From the NCBI GenBank assembly GCA_963702845.1, contig OY969763.1, forward strand, positions 352,001 to 416,000: a stretch of 64,000 nucleotides of DNA, written 5' to 3'. Below are positions 49,103-59,270 of this stretch, one piece after another. The notes under the pieces were generated by a model that was not told the origin of the DNA, did no database searches, and was given only the letters and a program-made list of their open reading frames with translations. The translations under genes and the position numbers were made by a program. Numbering within the stretch: position 1 is the stretch's first letter; the number at the start of each line of letters is the position of its first letter. Source of the stretch: an uncultured Verrucomicrobiae bacterium. Its GTDB lineage: Bacteria; Verrucomicrobiota; Verrucomicrobiia; Limisphaerales; Palsa-1400.

Positions 49103-52100
49103 ATGTCGTTGGAGCTAACCGAAAAACTGCTGAGTGACGCCGCAGGCTGGGACGTGATGAAACACGCCCGCGCCTACCTGTCTCAAGGGCAGGTGGTCAG
49201 TTCGTTTTGGGAAGCACCGCTGCTACGCGGTGTGGTGCAAGCCGGCGAATTATCGGTTCGGGCTTCGATGGTGATCAAGAGCGCCAGCGATATTGAAAAT
49301 CTTTGCACCTGTCGAGAGGCGCGCGAATGGGGCAAAATCTGCGCGCACGGTGTTGCGGTCGGTTTGCATTGGCTCAAGGCGCAGAGGGGAGAGGTCATTG
49401 CCCCGGAATCCGCTGCAAAGCCAGCAACTACGAAGGCCAAAAAAACTCCGTCTTTGTTGCGAGCCGACGACGGCGAGCCTACGGAATTGTTTTTTGTTTT
49501 ACCGCCAAATTTCGACCAGGCCGCAGCCCGCGGGCGAATCATGCTCGTCGTTGAAGGCAAATGGAGCGGTGGTCGTTGCCCGCTGAACGCGTTGCCGAAA
49601 GGTCGCCGATACGCTTTCTCGGAACAGGACAATACAGTTCTCGACGCTTTGGAAGAATTTACCGGCGGCGAAACTCCGGCGGTCCTGCAGTTGGAAGTGA
49701 AAGATTTCACAGCACTCCTTCCCACTCTGGCAGCGCATCCAAGAATCGCGCTTGGCAAATCGAGCGAAGTCGTCGTTAGCAAAGTGCCGTTTGTTTTGCC
49801 TTTGCGCGCGACGTTGCAGGCCAATGGCGAAATCGTGCTCGCGTTGAAAGAAAAAGCAGGTGGAGTCGCAATGATCGGCGATTGGGGTTGGTGCAACTCG
49901 ACGCTCCAGCCACTAGCACTGCCGCCCGGGTTGAAGGAAATCGTCCGTGGTCCCTTGCGAATCGCACGGTTGCAAGTGCCCGCGTTTCTCAATCAACAGT
50001 GGCCGCAATTGCAGGCGTCCGGTGCTGCCGAAGCGAATTTTAAACTGGAGGATTTCACCGTAGGACCGCAAACGCCTCGGTTCCTCCTGGAACTGCGCGG
50101 AGGACTTGCCCAACTCGGTGCAAGACTGCAGTGCGCGTATGGTTCGCGTATCATGACTGTCGGGGTAACGACCGACGATGTTTGGATGCCCGATCCGGAA
50201 ATTCCAACAAGTTACGCAATGCGCGACGTTGGTGCGGAGCGGACGGCGCTGGCACGATTGCAGCGTCATGGGTTTTCGGCGCCGGATAGCTTCGGCAAGA
50301 TGCAGTTGCTGGGACAGAATGCAGTTTTGAATTTTCTCGCGCGTGAGTTTCCGCGTCTGCAACGCGAATGGACGGTGACGTTGGATGAACACCTTGAGAA
50401 CCGAACGTTGCGGAATATCGAACGGGTCGAGCCGCAATTTCAAATCACGCCATCGGGTGTGCAATGGTTTGATCTCGGCGTCGTGTTTGCCACCAGCAGC
50501 GGTGAGACTTTTTCAGCGGCGGAAATTCAGCGACTGATTCTTTCCGGCCAAAGCCATACGCGATCCAAGAGTGGTAAGACGGTCGTGATTGATACTGGTG
50601 CGGTCGAGGAAATGCAGGAGGTGCTGCTCGATTGCGCTCCGCAGCAACATGCGCAGGGCTATCGGATGAGCAACACGCAGGCGGGTTTTCTCGAAGCGAC
50701 TTTGCGCAAGCATACGAGCTGGAAGGTGGAAGCGCCGACGGAATGGCGCGATCGTGCGGCGCGCCAGAGCGGCGAAGCGAAATTGGATTGTCCGCCGCTG
50801 GGGAATCTGGAATCGGTGCTGCGGCCTTATCAGAAGCATGGCGTGGCGTGGCTTCAATTTCTGCGCGAGAACGGTTTTGGCGGCATCCTGGCCGATGAAA
50901 TGGGATTGGGAAAAACGCTACAGACGCTTGCCTTCCTGCGGTTCGTGCGAGAGAAAAATCCGACAGCAGCACCGATGCTCATCGTTTGCCCGACGAGTTT
51001 AGTTTTCAATTGGATGGCCGAAGCGAAGAAGTTTACGCCGGAACTGAAGATGTTAGCTTTGCACGGCCCCAATCGTCATCCGTTGTTCGACCAAATTTCG
51101 CAAAGCGACATCGTCGTAACAAGCTATGCGCTGGCGCGGCGCGATGCGGAGCGTTATCGCGATTTCGAATTCGACACGGTTGTTCTGGACGAAGCGCAGC
51201 ACATCAAGAACCGAGAAACGCAAAATGCTCAGGCTGTCAAAGCGGTGAAGTCGACCCACCGGCTCGTGCTCACCGGCACGCCGTTGGAAAATTCGGTGTT
51301 GGATTTGTGGTCTGTCTTTGACTTTCTCATGCCCGGTTATCTTGGTGGCGCAAAAGACTTCCGCGAGCGCTACGAAATTCCTATTACCAAGTCGAAAGAT
51401 GCGGCGGCGCAACAGCTTCTCTCGCGGCGGTTGCGGCCGTTCCTGCTACGACGACTGAAAAAGGAGGTCGCGGCTGATCTGCCTGCGAAGATCGAGCAAG
51501 TGTCGTTTTGCGAGCTCACGCCGGAACAGCGCGGGGTTTACCAACAGGTCATCGAAGCGAGTCGCAAGGAAGTGCTGGAGGCTGTCGGCGCGCAGGGACT
51601 GGCGAAGAGTCGGATGGTCGTGCTGACGGCACTGCTCCGGTTGCGTCAGGTCTGTTGCGATTTGCGATTGCTGAAACTGGAAAACGTGAATGCGGCGACT
51701 GCATCGAGCAAGCTGGAGATGTTCGGCGAGTTGCTGGAGGAGGTCATTGACGGTGGGCACCGCGTGTTGGTGTTCAGCCAATTCGTAACGATGCTCGGTT
51801 TGTTAAAAGAACGGCTCGCGTCCGAGGGCATTGAATATTGTTACCTTGATGGCTCGACGACCAATCGCGCGGCGGTCGTGTCACAATTTCAAACGAACGC
51901 CGCCATTCCTGTGTTTCTCATCAGCTTAAAAGCCGGTGGCGTAGGTTTGAATCTGACCGGCGCCGATACGGTGATTCACTTCGACCCCTGGTGGAATCCG
52001 GCTGTGGAAGACCAGGCGACAGATCGTGCACATCGCATTGGACAAACCAAAGTTGTGACGAGCTACAAATTGATCACGCGCGATACGGTCGAGGAGAAAA

Positions 52101-52210
52101 TGCTCACGTTGCAAAACCGCAAGAGGGAGATCATTCAATCGACGATTGGTGGCGAAGAAGAATTTGCCGCCGCCTTGAACTGGGACGAGATCCAGGAATT
52201 GTTGGCGTAA
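49103..52210 (+). CDS. SWIM zinc finger plus SNF2-family helicase
   Basis: CTC...CAH, LADEMGLGKT, DEAQ, LTGTP, QATDRAHRIGQ. Confidence 0.93.
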   Translation: MSLELTEKLLSDAAGWDVMKHARAYLSQGQVVSSFWEAPLLRGVVQAGELSVRASMVIKSASDIENLCTCREAREWGKICAHGVAVGLHWLKAQRGEVIAPESAAKPATTKAKKTPSLLRADDGEPTELFFVLPPNFDQAAARGRIMLVVEGKWSGGRCPLNALPKGRRYAFSEQDNTVLDALEEFTGGETPAVLQLEVKDFTALLPTLAAHPRIALGKSSEVVVSKVPFVLPLRATLQANGEIVLALKEKAGGVAMIGDWGWCNSTLQPLALPPGLKEIVRGPLRIARLQVPAFLNQQWPQLQASGAAEANFKLEDFTVGPQTPRFLLELRGGLAQLGARLQCAYGSRIMTVGVTTDDVWMPDPEIPTSYAMRDVGAERTALARLQRHGFSAPDSFGKMQLLGQNAVLNFLAREFPRLQREWTVTLDEHLENRTLRNIERVEPQFQITPSGVQWFDLGVVFATSSGETFSAAEIQRLILSGQSHTRSKSGKTVVIDTGAVEEMQEVLLDCAPQQHAQGYRMSNTQAGFLEATLRKHTSWKVEAPTEWRDRAARQSGEAKLDCPPLGNLESVLRPYQKHGVAWLQFLRENGFGGILADEMGLGKTLQTLAFLRFVREKNPTAAPMLIVCPTSLVFNWMAEAKKFTPELKMLALHGPNRHPLFDQISQSDIVVTSYALARRDAERYRDFEFDTVVLDEAQHIKNRETQNAQAVKAVKSTHRLVLTGTPLENSVLDLWSVFDFLMPGYLGGAKDFRERYEIPITKSKDAAAQQLLSRRLRPFLLRRLKKEVAADLPAKIEQVSFCELTPEQRGVYQQVIEASRKEVLEAVGAQGLAKSRMVVLTALLRLRQVCCDLRLLKLENVNAATASSKLEMFGELLEEVIDGGHRVLVFSQFVTMLGLLKERLASEGIEYCYLDGSTTNRAAVVSQFQTNAAIPVFLISLKAGGVGLNLTGADTVIHFDPWWNPAVEDQATDRAHRIGQTKVVTSYKLITRDTVEEKMLTLQNRKREIIQSTIGGEEEFAAALNWDEIQELLA

Positions 52211-52602
52211 TGCGAGGCCGAAGATTGCGTCAATCCGCAGAACTGCCGTAAGCGCAACGCAATTTGGTGCGCCTGCGCGATCAACTCAGAGGCGCATTCA
52301 GGAGTGAGCCACTGACGGCAATTGGCTTCCCATAGACTAAGCCAGGCGGTGAAGTGTTCTTCGCGCAATCCCAATGGAATATGCCGCATCGGCATGCCGC
52401 CAGCGTATCTTGCAGGGCCACCTGTGACTTGCGTCCAGAACTTCGCAATCTTTTCGATGTGTTCGGGCCAGTTCTCGATTTTGCTGTTAAAAATGGGACC
52501 GAGAAGCTGATGTTGGCGAACGTCAGCATAGAAGTGCCTCAGCAATTGCTCAATCGTCTGCCGTCCACCAAGTCTCTCAAATAATACCGAGGTCTCTTCC
52601 AT
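52135..52602 (-). CDS. Group III truncated hemoglobin
   Basis: LFERLGG, FYADVR, LGPIF, WPEH...FW, PM.H, HF..WL.LW. Confidence 0.88.
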   Translation of the reverse strand: MEETSVLFERLGGRQTIEQLLRHFYADVRQHQLLGPIFNSKIENWPEHIEKIAKFWTQVTGGPARYAGGMPMRHIPLGLREEHFTAWLSLWEANCRQWLTPECASELIAQAHQIALRLRQFCGLTQSSASHYANNSWISSQFKAAANSSSPPIVD

Positions 52603-52773
52603 CAATATTTATCATTAATACATCAAATATTGGGGCAACGCGAGTTTGGGTTAAGCGGGAATCCCATTAACCGTCGCATTTCATAATTCTCACACTTCGC
52701 GCAATAAACGGTTAGCTCTTCGCAAGAGCGGTGTATCGCCATTTCCCGAGGCGAACGACTCTAATTCAAGAAT

Positions 52774-52793
52774 TAAAGACAGTTATTTCTTTA
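52774..52793. promoter_or_regulatory. Candidate Rrf2-type operator
   Basis: taaaga-cagttatt-tcttta, inverted repeat 3 bp before the ric start. Confidence 0.45.
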
Positions 52794-52796
52794 TTT

Positions 52797-53525
52797 ATGA
52801 GTCACAAAGCAAACGTCTTCTCTGCACCGGGAACTCCGGTTGAACAACGCACCGTTGGTGAACTGGTCGCTGAACGCCCGGGGCGCTCGCGGATTTTCCA
52901 ACAGCACCAAATCGATTTCTGCTGCCAGGGCGGCTTGAAACTGCAGGATGCTTGCACCCGCAAAGGCGTGCCGGTCCAAACAATCGTCGAGCAGCTCGAA
53001 GCCGAAGCTGCGCAAAAGGTCGAAGGTGAAAACCCGGCGACGTTGCCCCTGCACGAGTTGACCGGCTACATCGTCGGCAAGCATCACGAATTTTTGAAAC
53101 GCGAGTTGCCGCGCCTGTCGCAGATGTCGGCGCGCGTCGCGAAAGTTCACGGCGACCATACCCCGTCGCTCGTCGAAATGGCTCATGTCTATCAAGGCAT
53201 GTCCGAGGAACTCTCGAGCCACATAATGAAGGAGGAGCAGATTCTTTTTCCCGCCATCGAGTCGCTCAGCACCAGTCGTGCAAAAGCTTTTCCGCTCGAT
53301 GGGCCGATCGCGTGCATGCTCCACGAGCATGACGATGCCGGCGCGGCGTTGAAACGTCTCCGTGAGTTGTCACACGGATTCGTTCCGCCGCCGGAGGCTT
53401 GTAACACGTATCGCGCGCTGTTCGCCGGGCTCGCAGATCTCGAAGAAGATTTGCACACGCACATCCACCTCGAGAACGCGGTGTTGTTTCCGGCCGCACA
53501 AGCGCTGGTCCAAGCCAACAACTGA
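52797..53525 (+). CDS. ric: Iron-sulfur cluster repair di-iron protein Ric/YtfE
   Basis: IDFCCQG, HH, H..KEE.ILFP, EHD, HIHLEN. Confidence 0.92.
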   Translation: MSHKANVFSAPGTPVEQRTVGELVAERPGRSRIFQQHQIDFCCQGGLKLQDACTRKGVPVQTIVEQLEAEAAQKVEGENPATLPLHELTGYIVGKHHEFLKRELPRLSQMSARVAKVHGDHTPSLVEMAHVYQGMSEELSSHIMKEEQILFPAIESLSTSRAKAFPLDGPIACMLHEHDDAGAALKRLRELSHGFVPPPEACNTYRALFAGLADLEEDLHTHIHLENAVLFPAAQALVQANN

Positions 53526-53532
53526 GGTCGCT

Positions 53533-53988
53533 ATGTTCGCTTACGGTCAAACTTCCGCCAATGCCATCGCGGTGATGAGTTATCTCGCCGCGGTGCCGGG
53601 CCGTCGCGCGGGCTCGGGGGAGATCGCCGAAGCTCGTGGGATTTCGCAAGCGCTGACCGGCAAGTTGCTGACGCAATTGTCGGCGGCGGGGTTGGTCGAT
53701 GGGCAACCTGGACCGAATGGCGGATACACGTTGGCGAAGAAGGCTGAAGACATTTCGTTGTGGGCGATCGCCTCGCTGTTTGAACAACTCGATCCGCCGA
53801 CGCTGTGCGCGTTCGGACGCGGTTGGTGCGGAAATGGTGATCCGTGCCCGCTCCACGACAAAATCCACGCCATGGTGGAAGATAACCGGCGCTTCATGGA
53901 AGGAACACGGCTCTCGGTCTTCCTCGGGCACGAGAAGAATTTTAAATCGATATCGGAACAACGGGACGAAGTTTTAAATCCTAAATAG
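53533..53988 (+). CDS. Rrf2-family Fe-S transcriptional regulator
   Basis: wHTH, GPNGGYTLA, CAFG...C....CPLH. Confidence 0.9.
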   Translation: MFAYGQTSANAIAVMSYLAAVPGRRAGSGEIAEARGISQALTGKLLTQLSAAGLVDGQPGPNGGYTLAKKAEDISLWAIASLFEQLDPPTLCAFGRGWCGNGDPCPLHDKIHAMVEDNRRFMEGTRLSVFLGHEKNFKSISEQRDEVLNPK

Positions 53989-53990
53989 CT

Positions 53991-55205
53991 ATGAAGAAGA
54001 TGATGCTATGTTCGCTCGCTGCTGCGGTTTTGATGGCGGTTGGTTGCGGTGAACAAAAATCCAACAACCAACAATCGGCGACTGCGGCGAGGAATGAAGC
54101 AGCTCCCGCGCAACCAGCGGTGACGTTTTCCGATTTTCAAGTGCCGGCCAAACCGGAAGTGAATCCCGCGTTGGTGGGGCATGGTAAAGAAGTTTATCAA
54201 AAAAATTGTGCCGCCTGTCACGGGGACAAGGGCGACGGCCACGGGATTTGCAGCGCATTTTTGCTGCCGCCACCGCGTGACTTTACCCGGGCTCAATATC
54301 GGTTGCGCTCGACGGAAACCGGAAAGTTGCCGACCGACGAAGATCTTTTCCGCGCAGTGTCCCTTGGTTTGTCTGGCACGCCGATGCCTCCCTGGCGGTT
54401 CATGTTGAATGAGACCGACCGTTGGTCAGTGGTTGAATACGTGAAAACATTTTCGCCACGGTTCGCCGGGATTGAAGCGAAGCCATTGGTCGACCTCGGT
54501 AAAGCACCGGAACGCAATGACACCGCGATCAATCAAGGCAAAGTGCTTTACGCGAAGATGCAGTGCGCAAGTTGCCATGGAGAAAAAGGGCAGGGTGATG
54601 GTCCGTCAGCGTTCTCGTTGAAAGACGATGCTGGGAACAAAATTGCGGCGCGGGACTTTTCCAAACCGAGCGGATTTAAAGCCGGCTACGCCACAAAGGA
54701 GATCGTGCGCGGTTTCCTGACCGGCTTCAACGGCACGCCGATGCCGAGCTTTGAAAGCAGCTTGAGCAAAGAGGATGCATGGAAGCTGGCCTACTACGTT
54801 GAAACATTGGTGAAAGCGCCGAATACGCCGGACGCGCGTGTATCTCAGAACTTCCTGCATCGCGAACAACTCGGGGCCCCAGACGTTAAAGTGAAATTGA
54901 CCGAGCGCGCCTGGCAATTCGACCCGAACGAAATTCACGTCAAAAAAGGCCAGGTCGTCGAAGTGACTTTCGAACCGACCGACAACGGCCTCGGCGTTGG
55001 ACATGGTTTTGCGATCAGCAGCTATGACGAAAATGCATTCATGAATGGCGCAATGGTTGGCGCGCCGAAGACGGTGAAATTCCGTGCCGACCGTGCCGGC
55101 CGATTCATCTTCTACTGCTCGACGCAGTGCTCCACCGACAAGCTCCATCCGCTGATGAACGGCACGTTGATCGTGGATGACGACATCAAAACCGCCAGCC
55201 GGTAA
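53991..55205 (+). CDS. Lipoprotein diheme cytochrome c with a C-terminal CuA-like cupredoxin domain
   Basis: Lipobox AVGC; CAACH and CASCH, each with GTPMP; HGF...CSTQCSTDKLHPLM. Confidence 0.85.
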   Translation: MKKMMLCSLAAAVLMAVGCGEQKSNNQQSATAARNEAAPAQPAVTFSDFQVPAKPEVNPALVGHGKEVYQKNCAACHGDKGDGHGICSAFLLPPPRDFTRAQYRLRSTETGKLPTDEDLFRAVSLGLSGTPMPPWRFMLNETDRWSVVEYVKTFSPRFAGIEAKPLVDLGKAPERNDTAINQGKVLYAKMQCASCHGEKGQGDGPSAFSLKDDAGNKIAARDFSKPSGFKAGYATKEIVRGFLTGFNGTPMPSFESSLSKEDAWKLAYYVETLVKAPNTPDARVSQNFLHREQLGAPDVKVKLTERAWQFDPNEIHVKKGQVVEVTFEPTDNGLGVGHGFAISSYDENAFMNGAMVGAPKTVKFRADRAGRFIFYCSTQCSTDKLHPLMNGTLIVDDDIKTASR

Positions 55206-55224
55206 CCCAATAGAATTTACTGAC

Positions 55225-57036
55225 ATGAAAACGAAATCTTTTATCGCCCTGATCATCGCATTACCGCTGGCGTTCACCGCGTGTAATTCGGACTCCTCGA
55301 AGGACAAAGCCGCCGCCGTGTCCAGTGCTGCTGAAAAAGTTTATGTCGCGCCGGGCAAGTTGGATGATTACTACGCGTTCCTGAGCGGCGGCCAAAGCGG
55401 CAGCGTGTTCGTCTATGGCATTCCGTCGTGCCGATTTATTCGCGAGATTCCAATTTTTGAACCGCGCGCCGGGTTAGGTTACGCCAACAATCCTGGCACG
55501 GAGTCTTACAAGCGCCTACGTGAATCCGGCCCAACCTGGGGTGATACACATCATCCGGTGTTGAGCCAGACGGACGGCAAATACGACGGAAAAAATCTGT
55601 GGATTAACGACAAGGCCAACGGTCGTGTTGCCCGCGTCGATTTGCACACGTTCGACGTCGCAAAAATCGAACGCGTGCCGAACATCCAGGGCGCCCACGG
55701 CTTGGCGGCGTATTTGCCGTCGTGCAAATACGTGTTCGTGAACGGCGAATTGGAACACGATTTTGAGAAAAACAGCAATGACCCGAACAATTATCGCTCG
55801 GTCATTGCCTTTTTGGACGGACAAACTTTGGAAACGAAATTTGAAGTGAGTTTCGTCGGCAATGCGGATATCGCGAGCTCGGGCAAGGACGGCAAATATG
55901 TTTTTGTCACGATGTATAATACCGAGAATGGCATGACCAGCGAAGGGATGATCGAGCGCGACCGCGATGCTGTCGGCGCGATTGACGTGCCACTGGCGGA
56001 GAAGGTCGTTGCCGAAGGTAAAGCGACCACAATCAACGGCGTTCCGGTCATCGACAGCACGAAGAATCCCGGCGTGCTCACGCTGATTCCGGTGCCGAAA
56101 AATCCGCACGGTTGTAACGTCACGCCCGATGGCAAATACGTTTTGGCGAGCGGCAAGTTGTCGCCAACGGTCACAATCATCGACGCGCATACGTTGAAGG
56201 TTGTCGCAGAACCGGAAGTCGGTTTGGGCCCGCTTCACAGCACCTTTGACAATCGCGGCAATGTTTTCACATCGCTGTTTGTCGACTCGCAAATCGTGAA
56301 ATGGAACCTGGAAAAGGCGATCAAGGGTGACCCGAGCTACATCGTCGATCGCGTTGATGTACATTACAACGTCGGCCACACCAAAGCGGCGGGCGCGGAC
56401 ACGAGTTTTCCGAGCGGCGATTGGCTAATTTCGTTGAACAAACTGAGCAAAGGCATGTTCCTGCCGGTCGGTCCTGCCATGCCTGAATCGCAGGAGTTGG
56501 TCGACATCTCTGGCGACAAGATGAAAGTCGTTGCTGCGTTTCCTTCACCTCCTGAACCGCACGACGCAGTGATGTGCGCGCGCCAGGTGTTGGCAGACAA
56601 AGTGGCGCAGACGTATCAACTGCCTGCCAAAGCGACGAAGCTCGGCGAAGAAAAGGTCGTTCGCAACGGCAATAAACTGGAAGTTTACATGACCTGCATC
56701 CGTTCGAAGTTTGTTCCCGAAACATTTGAGGTTCACGCAGGCGACGAGGTCACAATTCATCTTACGAACGTCGAAACCGTTCGCGATATGACCCACGGTT
56801 TGGCGATTGCCGACCACGGCATCAACGTCGCGTGCGATCCCGGCCAGACGCAGGACGTGATGTTCACAGCCGGCAAGCCGGGCACGTATTGGTATTACTG
56901 CACCTGGTTCTGCTCGGCGCTCCATCTGGAAATGCGCGGACGCATGTTGGTGAAGAACGTAGGCGAACCGGTGAGCGATAATCTCAATCCTGTGGCCGCC
57001 CATGGAAATGCTGAACCCAAGGCTTCGTATGAATAA
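55225..57036 (+). CDS. nosZ: Nitrous-oxide reductase, clade II (Sec/lipoprotein type)
   Basis: CuZ His motifs DTHH, AHG, PHG, GPLH, GH, EPH; CuA CTWFCSALHLEM; no Tat RR; lipobox FTAC. Confidence 0.96.
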   Translation: MKTKSFIALIIALPLAFTACNSDSSKDKAAAVSSAAEKVYVAPGKLDDYYAFLSGGQSGSVFVYGIPSCRFIREIPIFEPRAGLGYANNPGTESYKRLRESGPTWGDTHHPVLSQTDGKYDGKNLWINDKANGRVARVDLHTFDVAKIERVPNIQGAHGLAAYLPSCKYVFVNGELEHDFEKNSNDPNNYRSVIAFLDGQTLETKFEVSFVGNADIASSGKDGKYVFVTMYNTENGMTSEGMIERDRDAVGAIDVPLAEKVVAEGKATTINGVPVIDSTKNPGVLTLIPVPKNPHGCNVTPDGKYVLASGKLSPTVTIIDAHTLKVVAEPEVGLGPLHSTFDNRGNVFTSLFVDSQIVKWNLEKAIKGDPSYIVDRVDVHYNVGHTKAAGADTSFPSGDWLISLNKLSKGMFLPVGPAMPESQELVDISGDKMKVVAAFPSPPEPHDAVMCARQVLADKVAQTYQLPAKATKLGEEKVVRNGNKLEVYMTCIRSKFVPETFEVHAGDEVTIHLTNVETVRDMTHGLAIADHGINVACDPGQTQDVMFTAGKPGTYWYYCTWFCSALHLEMRGRMLVKNVGEPVSDNLNPVAAHGNAEPKASYE

Positions 57037-57745
57037 CTCGACGCGTAAAGTTCTGACGATCGTATTCGCAAGCGCCGCAAGCGCACTGCTGGTGGGAAGC
57101 TTGGCCTTGCCGCTGTGGAAAATGCGCATGGACGCGCCACAGTATCAAGGTGATGAAGCGCTGAAAGTCGCCGTATATGCCGGTAAAATGACCGGTGACC
57201 TCAATGAAATTCAACACATCCAGCAATACGTCGGCATCAAAGTGCCGAGTCATTTACCGCAACTGCAATGGTTGCCGGGCGTGCTGATTGGCGGTGCGGT
57301 GGTTAGTTTCATTGCCGCGTTTTTGCCAATCGTTGCGCGACGTCGCGCATTGCTCGCGACGGTAGCGGGAGTATGCGTCGCCATTGGAATCGCGGGCGGA
57401 CAGGCGCAGTACCAGATGTATAAAATCGGTCACGAGCGAACACGGAGTCCGCTGGCGAGAGTGCAAAGTTTTACCACGCCGCTGCTGGGCGATTTAAAAT
57501 TTGCCAACTTCCACATCAAATCACGCCTTGGTTGGGGTTCGTTTTTGATCGGGGGCGCGTTGCTGTTGCAATTGGCCGGTGTGCGTTTGTCTGCGGTCGC
57601 ACGAAAGGCCAACGAATCACATCGGCCTGTTGTCATTAACCCAAATCATTCGTTTCAACGAACGATTCCCGCGGATTCTGCGGCTTCCAGCAAAACCAAT
57701 TCAAAGTTTTCGCCGGACGTTCGATTGACCGCTTACGAAATTTAA
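57029..57745 (+). CDS. nosB: NosB-like membrane protein of clade II nos clusters
   Basis: PLW...APQY...GDL.EI....YVG, about 4 TM, directly after nosZ. Confidence 0.75.
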   Translation: MNNSTRKVLTIVFASAASALLVGSLALPLWKMRMDAPQYQGDEALKVAVYAGKMTGDLNEIQHIQQYVGIKVPSHLPQLQWLPGVLIGGAVVSFIAAFLPIVARRRALLATVAGVCVAIGIAGGQAQYQMYKIGHERTRSPLARVQSFTTPLLGDLKFANFHIKSRLGWGSFLIGGALLLQLAGVRLSAVARKANESHRPVVINPNHSFQRTIPADSAASSKTNSKFSPDVRLTAYEI

Positions 57746-57749
57746 CTCC

Positions 57750-59270
57750 ATGAAAGGTTCCAGAATTTTATTCATCTCGGGGGTGTTGCTGTTGTTGGGC
57801 GTGTTCATCATCGGCATCTACATCGTGCCGCGCGGGCAAGCCGGCGGTCCCAAAACCGCGCGGCAAAGCGATGCGGCGCGAGTGCCGATTTCCGACGTGT
57901 TCCTCGATGTTACATACGCTACGCCCGATTTCATCAAACGCGTGAAGCTGGAGCCGTATCTCGGTTCGCACGAGAAGCGCGCGCAACCTTTTCTCATCGG
58001 CGTCAACACCCACGTCGGTTCGATCGAAGAACTCGATTTACGCGGCAAGGTCCATTTGCAGGACAGTGATGGGAATTTGTACCCTGCAATCGGTGAACCG
58101 GTGGTGGTCAGCGAGCATCACAATATGTATTTGCTCGCATTCCCGTTGTTTGACCATCACGGCAAACCAATCTTCGCCGCCGACCGCCAGTCGTTTAAGT
58201 TAATTGTAAGCGGCGTCGGCAAAGCGCCGGAACGCATCTTCGAATGGAAACTGCCGGTGGTGGAAGAAACCCCGGCGCGCACGCTCGCCAACGCGTTGAT
58301 CATGGCGTTGAGCGTGATCGGGGCGTTGATGGTGATATTGAGCTCATGCGCGATTGAACTGACCACTTACTACACGGGAATTATTGCCGGCGTCGTCAGC
58401 TCTGCGGCCATTGCCGAACGCGGAACGAAAATGCCGCTCGGTGTTCGCGCGCGAATTATTTGCAATCTCGCTGCGTTTGTTGCTGGATTTACGCTGCTCT
58501 ACACAATCAGCGGCGCGATGGTCTCGACAATGGGCCAGAAGTTGATGGCGATGTCAAAGCCGGTGGCAGAACAAATTTGTGAAGTTCCGACTGGCGTGAA
58601 TCCGACTGCCACCACTGCAGCGGCGCCGGTAAAACATCCAGTCGGTCACGCTGCGCATGGATCGATGTTCGGACCTTGGGCGCATTATGCCAGCTGGCTT
58701 GGTGCGGGTTTTCTAATTTTCTTCGCATTGAAAGCAGTCGGCGTGATTAAGCGCGGCAACGTGTGCCTCGTGTGGATGGCACAATTCGGCCGCAAGATGC
58801 GCGCAGGCATCGCGTGGGTGGTGGGGCTCGTTTCACCCAAACGCGCCGCGGTCATTCGTGCGCCAGGCTTCAGCATGCGCGTCGCGGGAAACATCACACC
58901 GGCAAACTCGTTCTGCGCCGGCCTCGGCCTTTCCGTGAGTTGCCTCACTTGTATGGGCGGAGCGATTTTGTATCCCTTGCTGATCTTTGTTGGCACGTCG
59001 ACATGGTATTGGGGCGCTCTCATTCTCGGCACTTACTCGATCGCGCTGGCGGTGCCGATGGCGGCAATCGCTTTAGCCGTCGGCAACTTCGCATGGCAAT
59101 GGAGCACTAAAGCGTGGGTTACGCGTGGACTGCAATATTCCAGCGCCGTGGTGATGATTTTCGTTGCAGTGCTAATCGCCTTCGATCGCACCCGTTTTAT
59201 TAATAGCGTCGTTTTCACTATGCTGAGCGCATTGGGCGGAAAACCGGACGCTACTTTTGCTCAACTGTGA
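57750..59270 (+). CDS. Periplasmic domain fused to a CcdA/DsbD-like transmembrane thiol-transfer domain
   Basis: LSSC and CLTC in a multi-TM region; FVAGFTLLY, LGTYS.ALAVP. Confidence 0.7.
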   Translation: MKGSRILFISGVLLLLGVFIIGIYIVPRGQAGGPKTARQSDAARVPISDVFLDVTYATPDFIKRVKLEPYLGSHEKRAQPFLIGVNTHVGSIEELDLRGKVHLQDSDGNLYPAIGEPVVVSEHHNMYLLAFPLFDHHGKPIFAADRQSFKLIVSGVGKAPERIFEWKLPVVEETPARTLANALIMALSVIGALMVILSSCAIELTTYYTGIIAGVVSSAAIAERGTKMPLGVRARIICNLAAFVAGFTLLYTISGAMVSTMGQKLMAMSKPVAEQICEVPTGVNPTATTAAAPVKHPVGHAAHGSMFGPWAHYASWLGAGFLIFFALKAVGVIKRGNVCLVWMAQFGRKMRAGIAWVVGLVSPKRAAVIRAPGFSMRVAGNITPANSFCAGLGLSVSCLTCMGGAILYPLLIFVGTSTWYWGALILGTYSIALAVPMAAIALAVGNFAWQWSTKAWVTRGLQYSSAVVMIFVAVLIAFDRTRFINSVVFTMLSALGGKPDATFAQL

